Source: Victivallaceae bacterium (GTDB taxonomy: Bacteria; Verrucomicrobiota; Lentisphaeria; Victivallales; Victivallaceae). From it: a DNA stretch of 64,000 bases. Below, one piece after another: positions 1-9,184 of this stretch (position 1 is the stretch's first letter; each line of letters begins with the position of its first letter). The translations under genes were made by a program, and so were the position numbers. The stretch covers positions 8,883 through 72,882 of the forward strand of contig JAZTWG010000053.1 of NCBI GenBank assembly GCA_045635745.1, read 5' to 3'. The notes beneath the pieces were generated by a model. It worked only from the letters and a program-made list of their open reading frames with translations, had not been told where the DNA came from and did no database searches.

Positions 1-1540
1 GCTCCACCTGGCCAAAGTCGATGTTGGAAATTTTTCTTTGCATGTTTGATATTATTTGTATAAAATAGATGATAGCCTTTTGACTGGTTTCGTACATTTC
101 ACGGGTGGCAATTTCCGAATTTTTTGCTTCTATCCACATGTCATTTTGCTTATAAAATACTTTGGCATCGTACAAGCAAAGCATTTGAGAGTAAAGCTGT
201 ATTTGTTTATGAGTTTTTATACTCCGTTTTATACCCATACCCAAATCTGTAATGAGTGCAACAGTCAATCTGCCGATGCCTATAAAGTTTATCCGCAGCA
301 CCATCTTGCTTAAAAATGTTGCAGGATCAACATATTGTCCGGATATGGCAGTTCTGATTGCCGCATCAGTTATATCGAACGCAACAAAAGTTCCATGGGC
401 GATTTCCAACATCCGGACAATGGTTCGATTATTAAAAGGTAATGTTTTCTGCCAGTCATAATTCTGCCAATTTCTGCCATGTATTTTCGTTTCTTCGATA
501 AGTCGGCGCACAAAATAAAATCCGCGCACAAAGATTTCATTTAAAAGTACCGGTACAGCTTGTTTGCCGGCGATACTCATAATTGTTGCTTCGGTACGCA
601 TATCAAATTTATTTTTGGTATACCATTTATTGATGAGTTGCGGCAAGCCGGTCATATTGAATGGCGGTACTGATGCCAGCTCCTTGAATAACGATAAGAA
701 AACTCCCGGTATACCCATGCCGCCGGCCGGGGTGTTTTTTGATCCGCCCATATCGCTTGCTAAATGACCAAGCCAATTATCGGTAATTTTGATAATTTCA
801 TAAATAGCCGGGGCAGATGCTATTGACCGGAGCAATACACGCAACGGTTTGGGGATTTCTTTTTGTTGAGCCTCGGTATATTTTTGTTCTGCTACGGCAA
901 CCAGCCAATGGAGCAAGGCTGTTAAAAGCAATGGACTCCAAAGGCTGAAAAGCTCTTTGGGGGCAATCGGTGCTGAAACAAAATGCCATTCTCCTGACTT
1001 GTTGCTGAAGATGCCCACTCTGAAAAGAGTTGTTACAAAGTTTGCCAAAAAGCCAATTGGAGTAGGATGATGAGCAAAATCATCCAGATGATGTCCTTGT
1101 GTCCAACTGACAACTTTTTTGCCACTCCATATATTATCACTGGCAAGAGGGTATTTTTCTTCCAAGAAAGCGATAGCCCCCTTAAGTCCATTAGTGCCGT
1201 TATAACCTTCTGCCTTGGCTTTTGCTTCAATGAATTGATTGAATTTTTTGTGAATTTGTCCTTTTTCTGTTTCCCAGGCTATTTCTCCAACAAACAGACT
1301 GTCAAACAATCCTGACAATATACCGGCAGAAACTGCTATAGCGTAATCTAGCCCATCTGCATGACTGGTCAAACGTTTTATTTCTTCATCGAGTTCGGCA
1401 GTTTGAGTATGTAAAGAGGATAATTTAGCATCAATCGAGCGGATTACAGAAGATTTTTCATCATCAGTTGCGGGTACGATACTGAATTCGATTTGTAAGC
1501 CATCTGCATTCTGTCTTAAAATATCTGTTCTTCCAAACAT
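1..1540 (-). CDS. hypothetical protein, N-terminal 513 codons only (3' end lies beyond the left window edge)
   Basis: My own reverse-complement translation from ATG (1540..1538) reads MFGRTDILRQNADGLQIEFSIVPATDDEKSSVIRSIDAKLSSLHTQTAELDEEIKRLTSHADGLDYAIAVSAGILSGLFDSLFVGE... and stays stop-free down to base 1. It is missing from the supplied ORF track (no in-window stop), and no other frame carries more than 85 codons here. No family recognised. Heptad-like N-terminus followed by Gly-rich hydrophobic helices. Confidence 0.6.
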   Translation of the reverse strand, partial: MFGRTDILRQNADGLQIEFSIVPATDDEKSSVIRSIDAKLSSLHTQTAELDEEIKRLTSHADGLDYAIAVSAGILSGLFDSLFVGEIAWETEKGQIHKKFNQFIEAKAKAEGYNGTNGLKGAIAFLEEKYPLASDNIWSGKKVVSWTQGHHLDDFAHHPTPIGFLANFVTTLFRVGIFSNKSGEWHFVSAPIAPKELFSLWSPLLLTALLHWLVAVAEQKYTEAQQKEIPKPLRVLLRSIASAPAIYEIIKITDNWLGHLASDMGGSKNTPAGGMGIPGVFLSLFKELASVPPFNMTGLPQLINKWYTKNKFDMRTEATIMSIAGKQAVPVLLNEIFVRGFYFVRRLIEETKIHGRNWQNYDWQKTLPFNNRTIVRMLEIAHGTFVAFDITDAAIRTAISGQYVDPATFLSKMVLRINFIGIGRLTVALITDLGMGIKRSIKTHKQIQLYSQMLCLYDAKVFYKQNDMWIEAKNSEIATREMYETSQKAIIYFIQIISNMQRKISNIDFGQVE

Positions 1541-2108
1541 GTCAAAAATAATTCTTATTTATGGTATAAAAAATACTTTTTAATGTAACGCAATTTTAAT
1601 GATATTGCAATTTTACAGCAAGTTTTTTTCTGTGATCTGAATTTTTGATAAATACACCCCGGCAGACCGCAGATGGTAAAATATCAGCGGCCTGCCGGTG
1701 GTCTTTTAGCATATAAGCGCTGTCATCTCCGGCGGCAAGCTGTAGTTTTGCTGTTTTTTACAAATCATAGCTTGTGTGGCAGGTATATTTATAAAGCGTA
1801 AACGATATAAATTAACACTTCAGTTTCACAAAATTTGAGACATTACTTTTTTAAGTAGCGCATGTTCAGGCGTTTTGCAATTCTGCAATGTGAAAATTTG
1901 TCCGGAATAAAGTTCTGTTGATGACAACTTTTCTGCCGCATTACCGCGGCAAAATAAAATAATGCCTGATTTTTTCGCTGAAAATCGCTTTTTTTTTATT
2001 TCCGGGAATTGCTTTTTTTATTTGCTGTGATACTTTATCAAAAGTACAAGTGCCAACGATGGCACATATAAGGAAAGCAACTTGAATTTGAGTTTGGGAT
2101 TAGACAAT

Positions 2109-3071
2109 TTATTTACCGGTTGGCGGTTTGATGCTGGCGCGTTGGATAAACTCCATCGGCAATGGCTTCGTTGGTGCATCCTGATTTTTCAGGATCATAT
2201 CCACTACCGTACCGGCGATTTTTTCCCGCGGGTGCGCCAGAGTGGCAAGTGCCGGAGTTGTCAGCGCCGCAAATTCTTCGTCGTCAAAGCCGATCACCGA
2301 AATATCGTCGGGTATTTTTATGCCTTTTTCGGCGGCGTAGCGGTAAAAACCCATCGCCATGCGGTCGGTATCAAAAAATGCGGCATCAGCGCGGCATTGC
2401 ATGACTTTATCGCCCAGCGTATAGCCGTCTTCAAACTCCGGACTTCCTTCGATAACGCTGATTTGCATATCGATTCCGGCGGCTTGAGCCATTTTTGTAC
2501 CGGCCAGCCGGTTGGGGATGCAGCCGCAGTAAACAAGATGTTTGAACTGCATGCGCCCAAGTTCAGTCAGCATTCTGCAAACGCTGCCGCTGCGGTCGAT
2601 GGTTATAACGTTGCTGCCGGAAATTTCCGGACAGTCCACATAGATAAATTTGAGCGGCAGAGTTTCCGCCGTTTTGATTATAAGGTCAAGTATCTGCCGG
2701 CGGGTCTCCTGCAGGATTACCACATATTCAGCCAGCGCTGCCCACTCCCGGAGCATGTTCCGGCATACAGCGGCATCTTTTACGCACCCCAGCAGCGGCC
2801 AGCATCCGCTGCCGGTCAGCTGCCTGTTGAGCATGGAAAGCTTGCGGGCGTTGGCGGTAAAGCGGGAACTGTTGTTGATGATGCCGACAAATTTTTTGCT
2901 TTGCAAACGCAGATTGCGTGCCGCCAGATTGGGCGTATAATTGTATTTTTTGGCCAGAGATTGCACCAGATCGCGTTTTTCCGGCGCCACATAGCCCTGA
3001 CCGTTCAAGGCTCTGCCCACGGTGCGCACCGAAAGGCCGGAAAGCTCGGCAAGTTGTTTGAGTGTTATCAT
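2109..3071 (-). CDS. LacI-family transcriptional regulator
   Basis: N-terminal HTH MITLKQLAELSGLSVRTVGRALNG...YTPNLAARNLR followed by a periplasmic-binding-protein-like sugar-binding core (VIGFDD motif). I chose the ATG at 3071 rather than the TTG at 3125 used by the track. Divergent from the GH4 gene. Confidence 0.85.
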   Translation of the reverse strand: MITLKQLAELSGLSVRTVGRALNGQGYVAPEKRDLVQSLAKKYNYTPNLAARNLRLQSKKFVGIINNSSRFTANARKLSMLNRQLTGSGCWPLLGCVKDAAVCRNMLREWAALAEYVVILQETRRQILDLIIKTAETLPLKFIYVDCPEISGSNVITIDRSGSVCRMLTELGRMQFKHLVYCGCIPNRLAGTKMAQAAGIDMQISVIEGSPEFEDGYTLGDKVMQCRADAAFFDTDRMAMGFYRYAAEKGIKIPDDISVIGFDDEEFAALTTPALATLAHPREKIAGTVVDMILKNQDAPTKPLPMEFIQRASIKPPTGK

Positions 3072-3185
3072 AAAAAACTGTTTTCCCGATTTCAAATTTT
3101 TATAAAAAAAGCACACTAATTGCAAAAGTCAATAAAACAAGTATTGTATATATGTAATTAAAATTGATAAAATAAAGGATAGCTT

Positions 3186-4529
3186 ATGAGTTGGAAGATT
3201 GCTGTTATCGGCGGCGGAAGTGTTTTGTGGATGCCCCGGTTGGGTTGTGATATGTTTATGGAGGAATCGCTCGACGGTTCTGAACTGGTGCTGGTGGATA
3301 TAGATCCGGCGGCAGCTGTACTGGTGAAAAATTATCTCGAAGAGTGTGTGCGGGTACTGAAAAAGAGTTGGCGCATAAGTATAGCTTCGGAGGACGAGGC
3401 TTTGAAAAATGCCGACTGTGTGGTGGTTTCCATTTCCACCGGAGGCTTTGAGGCTATGGATAAGGATTACACTACGCCGGAACAGTTTGGTGTATATCAT
3501 GCTGTGGGCGATACCACCGGACCGGGCGGTATTTTCCGCACATTGCGGAATGCTCCGGTTTTTATTGCGCTGGCTGAAAAAATGGCCAAACTCTGTCCTG
3601 ATGCGTGGATGGTACATGTTACCAATCCTTTGAGCCAGATCACCCGCATTGTCAATGCTACCGGCCTGGTGCGCTGCTGCGGTTTGTGCCACGAAGTTGC
3701 AGGGCAGCTCAACCATTTGCGGAATTTTCTGAAAATCGATGATCCAAATGATCTGGATGCCAATGTGGTGGGTGTCAATCATTTTACACTCTTTACCGAA
3801 CTTTTCAGCCGCAGTGTCAAGGACCCCATGGCGCAAATTACGCTGAAAAATTACATGAAATACCGGGCCGATGAACTCGGCTCCGGTACGGTTGATGATC
3901 TGGTGGTCAAAGGCAATTATCAGGATTATCCGCTCTATTTGAATTTTTATCTTAAAGAGATACTGAATGTCTATCCGGCGGCGGGAACGGTGCATATTGC
4001 CGAAAACTTTCCGCGCTTCTATAACGATAACGAGCTTTATAAGGATTTTCATCTGTACCGTAAAGGCGTACTGCCCGTCCGGCCGGACAACAAGCGTGCC
4101 ATTGCTGAAAAACTGCAGAAAACTCTGGATGACAAAACTGTTCCGCGGGAAACCGCCAACCGCTCCCGTGAAATGCTTTGCGATTGCCTTGCCGGTCTGC
4201 TTGCCGGTGAAAAACGGCGTATCATTGCCACGCTACCCAATATCGGACAGATCGGCAATCTGCCGCGCGAAGCATCGGTGGAGACCTGGGCAATAGTAAG
4301 CGCCGGAGGCATAACCCCGGTCATGTCAGGCGATATACCTATGAGCTGTTACGGCTTTATGGCTTCGGTGGTTGCCGAGCAGGAACTTTCCATACAGGCG
4401 GCATTGCAGCATGATCGCGATCTGGTGCGGCAAGCACTTTTTGCTTCGCCATTGTTCCACGAAAAAGAAAAAGTCAATGAGCTGATGGATGCCATGTTTG
4501 ATGCCGAGAAGGAATGGATCAACTGGTGA
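3186..4529 (+). CDS. glycoside hydrolase family 4 (NAD+/Mn2+-dependent alpha-glucosidase/galactosidase-type)
   Basis: N-terminal Rossmann motif KIAVIGGGS, plus VVSISTGG...GDTTGPGG and CCGLCHE segments typical of GH4. AAGGA-type RBS (aaaggatagcttATG). Confidence 0.85.
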   Translation: MSWKIAVIGGGSVLWMPRLGCDMFMEESLDGSELVLVDIDPAAAVLVKNYLEECVRVLKKSWRISIASEDEALKNADCVVVSISTGGFEAMDKDYTTPEQFGVYHAVGDTTGPGGIFRTLRNAPVFIALAEKMAKLCPDAWMVHVTNPLSQITRIVNATGLVRCCGLCHEVAGQLNHLRNFLKIDDPNDLDANVVGVNHFTLFTELFSRSVKDPMAQITLKNYMKYRADELGSGTVDDLVVKGNYQDYPLYLNFYLKEILNVYPAAGTVHIAENFPRFYNDNELYKDFHLYRKGVLPVRPDNKRAIAEKLQKTLDDKTVPRETANRSREMLCDCLAGLLAGEKRRIIATLPNIGQIGNLPREASVETWAIVSAGGITPVMSGDIPMSCYGFMASVVAEQELSIQAALQHDRDLVRQALFASPLFHEKEKVNELMDAMFDAEKEWINW

Positions 4530-4603
4530 TTTGAAGTTCTGCAAAATATACCCGGTACATACCGCAGAAGGTAAATTTTCTGCTCATACCGGATGTTATT
4601 CTG

Positions 4604-5533
4604 TTATATGAGTGCGGTCATTTCCGGCGGCGTGGGTGAACTGAAAGAGATTATTTCTCCGCTGACCGGATGAATGAAACTCAATTTGCAGCAATGCAGC
4701 GCCTGGCGTTCAAGTATCAGCTTTTTGCGGTCATCGCCGCTTAAAGTCCCCAGCGCAAAACGGCGGTAAAGCTGTTCATCGAGTCCGTAGAGTTTATCGC
4801 CTGCTACCGGGTAGCCCAAACCCTGCAAGGTAGCGCGGATCTGGTGCATTCTGCCGGTATGCAGCTTGGCGGCAAGCAGGGAAAAATTGCGGTTGCCGGC
4901 CAGTAATTCAAAAGATGTTTCCACGGCCATGGCGCCGGGCGTATTTTCCGCATCGGTAACAAATTTCAATTTTTTCTTTATAGTTGATGCTGCATCCGGC
5001 ACCAGAAAACCGCTGGCGTGGAGCTGCTGTGGAAAATCACCGTGCACCACTGCATGATAGCATTTTTCCATATCTGCAAGCGTTTTGCTCAATATTCCGG
5101 CAATTTTGCCGGTTTTGGCCGCGATCAGCAATCCGGAAGTTTCCCGGTCGAGCCGGTTGACAAAGTGTATTTTTTCGTAACCGTTTTCGGCCAGCAGGGC
5201 CCACAGCGTATGGTTGAAATATGGTCCGGCAGGATGCACCGGCAGATTGCCGGGCTTATCAATGACCAGCAAATATTCGTCTTCAAAAACTATACGGTAA
5301 GCACGGTTGACCGACGGTTCGGCCAGTTCGCCGGGGAAATATTCCAGCAGCATACCGGCCCGGAGCGGAGCTTGGGTAACTGTGCAGAATGCTCCATCGA
5401 GTGCGATTTTGCCGGATTGGATAATATCCTGCCACTCTTCAGAGGTGTGATAGGCAAATCGGCAGCTCAAATATTCCAACAGAGTCCGCTCGGCAGCCTG
5501 GGGCGGCAGTTTGGCCGCTACGCGCCGTTTCAT
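4604..5533 (-). CDS. RluA-family 23S/tRNA pseudouridine synthase with S4-like N-terminus
   Basis: Catalytic-Asp motif VNRLDRETSGLLIAAK and C-terminal HQIRATL motif. 4-nt overlap with the upstream GNAT gene. Confidence 0.85.
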   Translation of the reverse strand: MKRRVAAKLPPQAAERTLLEYLSCRFAYHTSEEWQDIIQSGKIALDGAFCTVTQAPLRAGMLLEYFPGELAEPSVNRAYRIVFEDEYLLVIDKPGNLPVHPAGPYFNHTLWALLAENGYEKIHFVNRLDRETSGLLIAAKTGKIAGILSKTLADMEKCYHAVVHGDFPQQLHASGFLVPDAASTIKKKLKFVTDAENTPGAMAVETSFELLAGNRNFSLLAAKLHTGRMHQIRATLQGLGYPVAGDKLYGLDEQLYRRFALGTLSGDDRKKLILERQALHCCKLSFIHPVSGEIISFSSPTPPEMTALI

Positions 5534-6009
5534 GCGTCAGAACCATGATAGATCACCGCGATCTCGTCACAACATTCGCGTTTGGGGCAATGAACGCAAT
5601 CGGCCCAGATCTTTTCGGGAAAGAGTTCTTTCTGCACAACTGTAAAGCCCAGCCGTTCAAAAAATCCCGGCTGTAATGTCAGGGCAAACAGGCGGTAAGA
5701 GCTGCGTTCAGCATCCAATCGGCTGATTGCTTTGGCGACCAGTTGCCGGCCGATGCCGGACTTCCGCAGTTCGGGCCGGATCGCCAGCGAACGCACTTCC
5801 AGCAGATCGTTGCCGAAATCCCGCACCGCCATGCAACCCAGCAGAGAATTTTCTGCATCAACTGCCACAGTAAAGTTTTTAAGATAAAAAGTTATATCCT
5901 CTTCACTGCGGTCGAGCAGAACGCCCTGCTGCGCGTATTCGTGCAGTAAGATATGTATATTGGATACGTCCTGCAGTTCAGCCGGACGCAAAATGACTTG
6001 ATCGCTCAT
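5530..6009 (-). CDS. GNAT-family N-acetyltransferase (short ArgA-like amino-acid N-acetyltransferase)
   Basis: Acetyl-CoA-binding segment RKSGIGRQLV. C-terminal Cys cluster WADCVHCPKRECCDEIAV, as I recall from short ArgA-like GNATs. Confidence 0.7.
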   Translation of the reverse strand: MSDQVILRPAELQDVSNIHILLHEYAQQGVLLDRSEEDITFYLKNFTVAVDAENSLLGCMAVRDFGNDLLEVRSLAIRPELRKSGIGRQLVAKAISRLDAERSSYRLFALTLQPGFFERLGFTVVQKELFPEKIWADCVHCPKRECCDEIAVIYHGSDA

Positions 6010-6021
6010 AAAATCAGAAAA

Positions 6022-7017
6022 TTACTTTTCCGCCGCAGCTTGGGCTTCCGCTTCCACCGCTTCGGCAACCTGACCGATTTTGCGGAATTTTTCGTAACGC
6101 TGGTCGCGCAGTTTGGCGGCGCTGAGTTTTTTCAGCTCATTGAGATTTTTTGTCAGCGATGCTTTCAGGAACTCGGCAGCTTTATCGTAATCAACGTGTG
6201 CTCCGCCCATGGGTTCTTCGATAACTTCATCGGCCACGCCCAGACGGGTCAGGTCGGCGGCGGTCAGTTTGAGAGCTTCTGCCGCACGGGGGGCAAAGGA
6301 GCGGTTCTTCCAGAGGATCGCCGCACAGCCTTCGGGCGTGATCACCGAATAGTAGGCATTTTCCAGCAGCAGGATCTTGTTGCCCACGCTGATGCCCAGA
6401 GCACCGCCGGAACCGCCTTCGCCGATAACCACGGCAATGACCGGCACGCTCAAGCCGAACATTTCGCGCAGGTTCACTGCAATAGCTTCGCCGATATGAC
6501 GCTCTTCCGAGGCCACGCCGGGGAATGCTCCGGGGGTGTCAATAAAAGTGATGATCGGCACACCTGCCCGGTCTGCCATATTCATCAACCGCATAGCCTT
6601 ACGGTAGCCTTCTGCGCTGGGCCAGCCGAAATTGCGGAACAGATTTTCCCGCATATCTCTGCCCTTCTGGGTGCCTACAACCATTACCGGTTTGCCGTTG
6701 AAACGGGCAAAACCGCCGACAATGGCTTTGTCGTCGGCAAAACGGCGGTCGCCGTGAAATTCCATAAAGTCGGTGAAAATACGCTTGATGTAATCCAGCG
6801 CGTAGGGGCGTTCGGGATGGCGGGCAAGCTGCACGCGCTGCCAGCTGGAAAGATTGGCGTAGGTGTTGCGGATCGTTTCATCCAGCTGTGCTTCCAGCAT
6901 TTTTACACAATTAGCCATGGCATCGCCGGGATGGGCTGTGCTGATCTCAGAAAGTTCACGGAGTTTGGTTCTGAGTTCTGCGATCGGTTTTTCAAAATCC
7001 AGATAAAATTCGGCCAT
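6022..7017 (-). CDS. accA: acetyl-CoA carboxylase carboxyltransferase subunit alpha
   Basis: MAEFYLDFEKPIAEL...RHPERPYALDYI...GGFARFNGKPVMVVG...IITFIDTPGAFPG...GEGGSGGALG are hallmark AccA segments. ATG at 7017 chosen over the upstream start in the track. Confidence 0.9.
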   Translation of the reverse strand: MAEFYLDFEKPIAELRTKLRELSEISTAHPGDAMANCVKMLEAQLDETIRNTYANLSSWQRVQLARHPERPYALDYIKRIFTDFMEFHGDRRFADDKAIVGGFARFNGKPVMVVGTQKGRDMRENLFRNFGWPSAEGYRKAMRLMNMADRAGVPIITFIDTPGAFPGVASEERHIGEAIAVNLREMFGLSVPVIAVVIGEGGSGGALGISVGNKILLLENAYYSVITPEGCAAILWKNRSFAPRAAEALKLTAADLTRLGVADEVIEEPMGGAHVDYDKAAEFLKASLTKNLNELKKLSAAKLRDQRYEKFRKIGQVAEAVEAEAQAAAEK

Positions 7018-7131
7018 TATTTGCTCGCTCCCAAGCTGTATATTATTATAAAAATTAAACTTATTATACAAATCAACTCATATAATATACATTTTTAGAC
7101 GGATTTTTGCAACAAAAACAGCAAAAAAAAG

Positions 7132-7159
7132 TTGCACAAGTGCAAAGCAGGGTTATATT
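7132..7159 (+). promoter_or_regulatory. putative sigma70-type promoter (TTGCAC-16-TATATT)
   Basis: -35 TTGCAC at 7132..7137, 16-nt spacer, -10 TATATT at 7154..7159, about 35 nt upstream of the LOG-family start. Confidence 0.35.
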
Positions 7160-7193
7160 TCCACATAACCATTGCCATGAAAGGAGTTATTTT

Positions 7194-7925
7194 ATGAGTG
7201 AAAAAATCCCCCCGAAAGTCAACCCTGCCAATCACCCGAGCCGGCAGAGCTTTGCTTCCAGTATAGAACATTCGCATTTTGATGCCTGGCGAGTCTTCCG
7301 GATCATGGCTGAATTTGTGGAAAGTTTTGAGGATATGGCCGATATTGAACGGCCGCTCGTAACCGTTTTCGGGTCGGCGCGTACTCCGGTGGATCACAAA
7401 TATTACCAGCAGGCCGAAACTTTGGGCCGGCTGCTGGCGGAAAACGGCTACGGTGTACTCACTGGCGGCGGCGGCGGTATTATGGAAGCCGCGCACAAAG
7501 GCGCTTATGACGCCGGCGGCGAAACGGTGGGGCTCAATATCGTTCTGCCGCATGAACAGAAGCCCAATCCGTTTCAGACCCGGTCGCTGAATTTCCGTTA
7601 TTTCTTTGTCCGCAAGGTAAATTTTCTCAAATATACAGTGGGGGTGTTCATCTTTCCCGGCGGCTTTGGCACGATGGATGAATTTTTTGAGTCAATAACT
7701 CTGGTGCAGACCAACAAAGTCAACCGTATACCGCTTATTCTGGTGGGCCGGGAGTTCTGGAGCGGTGCAGTCAAGTGGATCGAGGAAACGTTGGGCGGCT
7801 TCGGGTATATCTCGCCGGAAGATACCGAGCTTTATCACATTGTCGACAGCGCCGAAGAAGGTATGGAATATCTGAAAAACTGCCTGCGTTTCGGCGTAAC
7901 CGGAACAGTCAAGTACGATATTTAG
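7194..7925 (+). CDS. LOG-family / TIGR00730-type Rossmann-fold nucleotide-binding protein (cytokinin riboside 5'-monophosphate phosphoribohydrolase-like)
   Basis: GGGGGIMEAAHKGA and PGGFGTMDEFFE motifs. ATG at 7194 sits 7 nt after AAAGGAG, so the longer track ORF from 7107 is rejected. Confidence 0.85.
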   Translation: MSEKIPPKVNPANHPSRQSFASSIEHSHFDAWRVFRIMAEFVESFEDMADIERPLVTVFGSARTPVDHKYYQQAETLGRLLAENGYGVLTGGGGGIMEAAHKGAYDAGGETVGLNIVLPHEQKPNPFQTRSLNFRYFFVRKVNFLKYTVGVFIFPGGFGTMDEFFESITLVQTNKVNRIPLILVGREFWSGAVKWIEETLGGFGYISPEDTELYHIVDSAEEGMEYLKNCLRFGVTGTVKYDI

Positions 7926-7935
7926 TCCAATAAGT

Positions 7936-7963
7936 TTGACAAATACCGTTTTGGGTGTATATT
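7936..7963 (+). promoter_or_regulatory. putative sigma70-type promoter (TTGACA-16-TATATT) for the ferredoxin gene
   Basis: Consensus -35 TTGACA at 7936..7941, 16-nt spacer, -10 TATATT at 7958..7963. Confidence 0.45.
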
Positions 7964-8036
7964 AATCAACAGGTTGTTGGCCGGATACGCGATCCGGTTG
8001 ACAAGAACAACCTGAAATCCTTAAGGAGAAGTAGAA

Positions 8037-8207
8037 ATGGCTGCTAAAGTTGACAATTCGAACTGCGCCGGTTGCGGCGTCTGCGTCGCTGCCTGCCCGG
8101 TCGAAGCTATCGAAATCGTGGACGGCGTCGCCAAGATCGACGAAGAAAAATGCATCGAATGCGGTGCTTGCGTCGGCGAATGCCCCTGCGGCGCGATCTC
8201 TCTGTAA
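8037..8207 (+). CDS. 2x[4Fe-4S] dicluster ferredoxin, 56 aa
   Basis: Not in the ORF track (below 60 aa). Translation: MAAKVDNSNCAGCGVCVAACPVEAIEIVDGVAKIDEEKCIECGACVGECPCGAISL, with two CxxCxxCxxxCP motifs. AAGGAG RBS 7 nt upstream. Followed by a terminator. Confidence 0.8.
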   Translation: MAAKVDNSNCAGCGVCVAACPVEAIEIVDGVAKIDEEKCIECGACVGECPCGAISL

Positions 8208-8230
8208 TTTCAGAGCACGATCAAGTAAAA

Positions 8231-8258
8231 AACCCTGTCATAAACGGCAGGGTTTTTT
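8231..8258. terminator. intrinsic terminator between convergent ferredoxin and speE
   Basis: AACCCTG (8231..8237) pairs with CAGGGTT (8248..8254). The stem is flanked by an A-run upstream and TTTTTT downstream, so it could work on both strands. Confidence 0.55.
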
Positions 8259-8314
8259 ATTTTCAGCAAAATTGTATTGGCATCCGGCTTTCAGGCAAGA
8301 GCATTGGCCGGGTA

Positions 8315-9163
8315 TTATTTGAACCACGGCTTGGTGAATGCCGGCAGTACAAAACTGGAGCGGTGGATCTGCGGCGTATAATATTTCAGACTTTTTGCCA
8401 GTTGAGCATCGGGTTTGCGTAACGGTTTTTTTACCGGATTGGCTTTGGATGCCACGCATACGCCAATGGATCCGGCAGGGTAGGTGGGCACGGCGATGAA
8501 CGCATAGCCGTTGTATTTGAACAATTCCCGGGTAAAACCATACAGCCGCTTTACGATATCGGCGTACAGAAAGATGGATTCTGATTGCGAGGCCACCACG
8601 CCGTCATCTTTGAGTGCCGCATGTACCGACCGGTAGAACTCTTTGCCGAAAAGCACTTCGCCGGGGCCGATGGGGTCGGTGGAGTCCACAATGATCACAT
8701 CGTATTCATTTTTTTTCTGCCGGACAAACTCCAGTCCGTCGCCGATATGCAGATGCATTCTGGGATCATCAAATCCGCATGCGGTCGAGGGAATGAATTT
8801 TTTGCACAACTCCACCACCTGCCCGTCGATCTCGCATTGGTCGATATGTTTTACGCATTTGTGCCGCGCCACTTCGCGCGCCACGCCGCCATCGCCGCCG
8901 CCGATGATCAGCACTTTTTCCGGATTGGGGTGCACCATCATAGCCGGATGCACCAGCATTTCCTGATAGGCAAATTCGTCGAATTCGGTCAGCTGGACTA
9001 TCCCATCGAGCATCAGCATTCTGCCCAGTTCGGCTGTTTCGTAGATCTTGATGCGCTGGTAGCGGCTTTTGATATTGCAGAGGGTCCGGGTTATTTCAAT
9101 AGTGTTGCCGAACCCCTGGTCGATTTCGCTTACATAGCGCTTGAGCTTTTCTGTGTCATCCAT
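8315..9163 (-). CDS. speE: spermidine synthase (polyamine aminopropyltransferase)
   Basis: YQRIKIYE...LMLDG..Q..E.DEF.YQEML.H and VLIIGGGDGGVAREV...IIVDSTDPIGPG motifs. Confidence 0.9.
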   Translation of the reverse strand: MDDTEKLKRYVSEIDQGFGNTIEITRTLCNIKSRYQRIKIYETAELGRMLMLDGIVQLTEFDEFAYQEMLVHPAMMVHPNPEKVLIIGGGDGGVAREVARHKCVKHIDQCEIDGQVVELCKKFIPSTACGFDDPRMHLHIGDGLEFVRQKKNEYDVIIVDSTDPIGPGEVLFGKEFYRSVHAALKDDGVVASQSESIFLYADIVKRLYGFTRELFKYNGYAFIAVPTYPAGSIGVCVASKANPVKKPLRKPDAQLAKSLKYYTPQIHRSSFVLPAFTKPWFK

Positions 9164-9184
9164 AGTATTTCCTTTGTCCGGGAA

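Noticed and set aside
3072-3185. LacI-type palindromic operator between the LacI-family gene and the GH4 gene
   Set aside because: I searched the 114-nt divergent region for a 14-20 bp palindrome around a central CG and found only AT-rich near-repeats (for example TTGTATATATGTAA, which is not self-complementary). No operator can be supported.
8050-8422. Track ORFs 8050..8322 and 8072..8422 (90 and 116 aa)
   Set aside because: They are out-of-frame readings of the ferredoxin gene and terminator region. The 56-aa frame with two CxxCxxCxxxCP motifs, an RBS and a terminator is the real gene.
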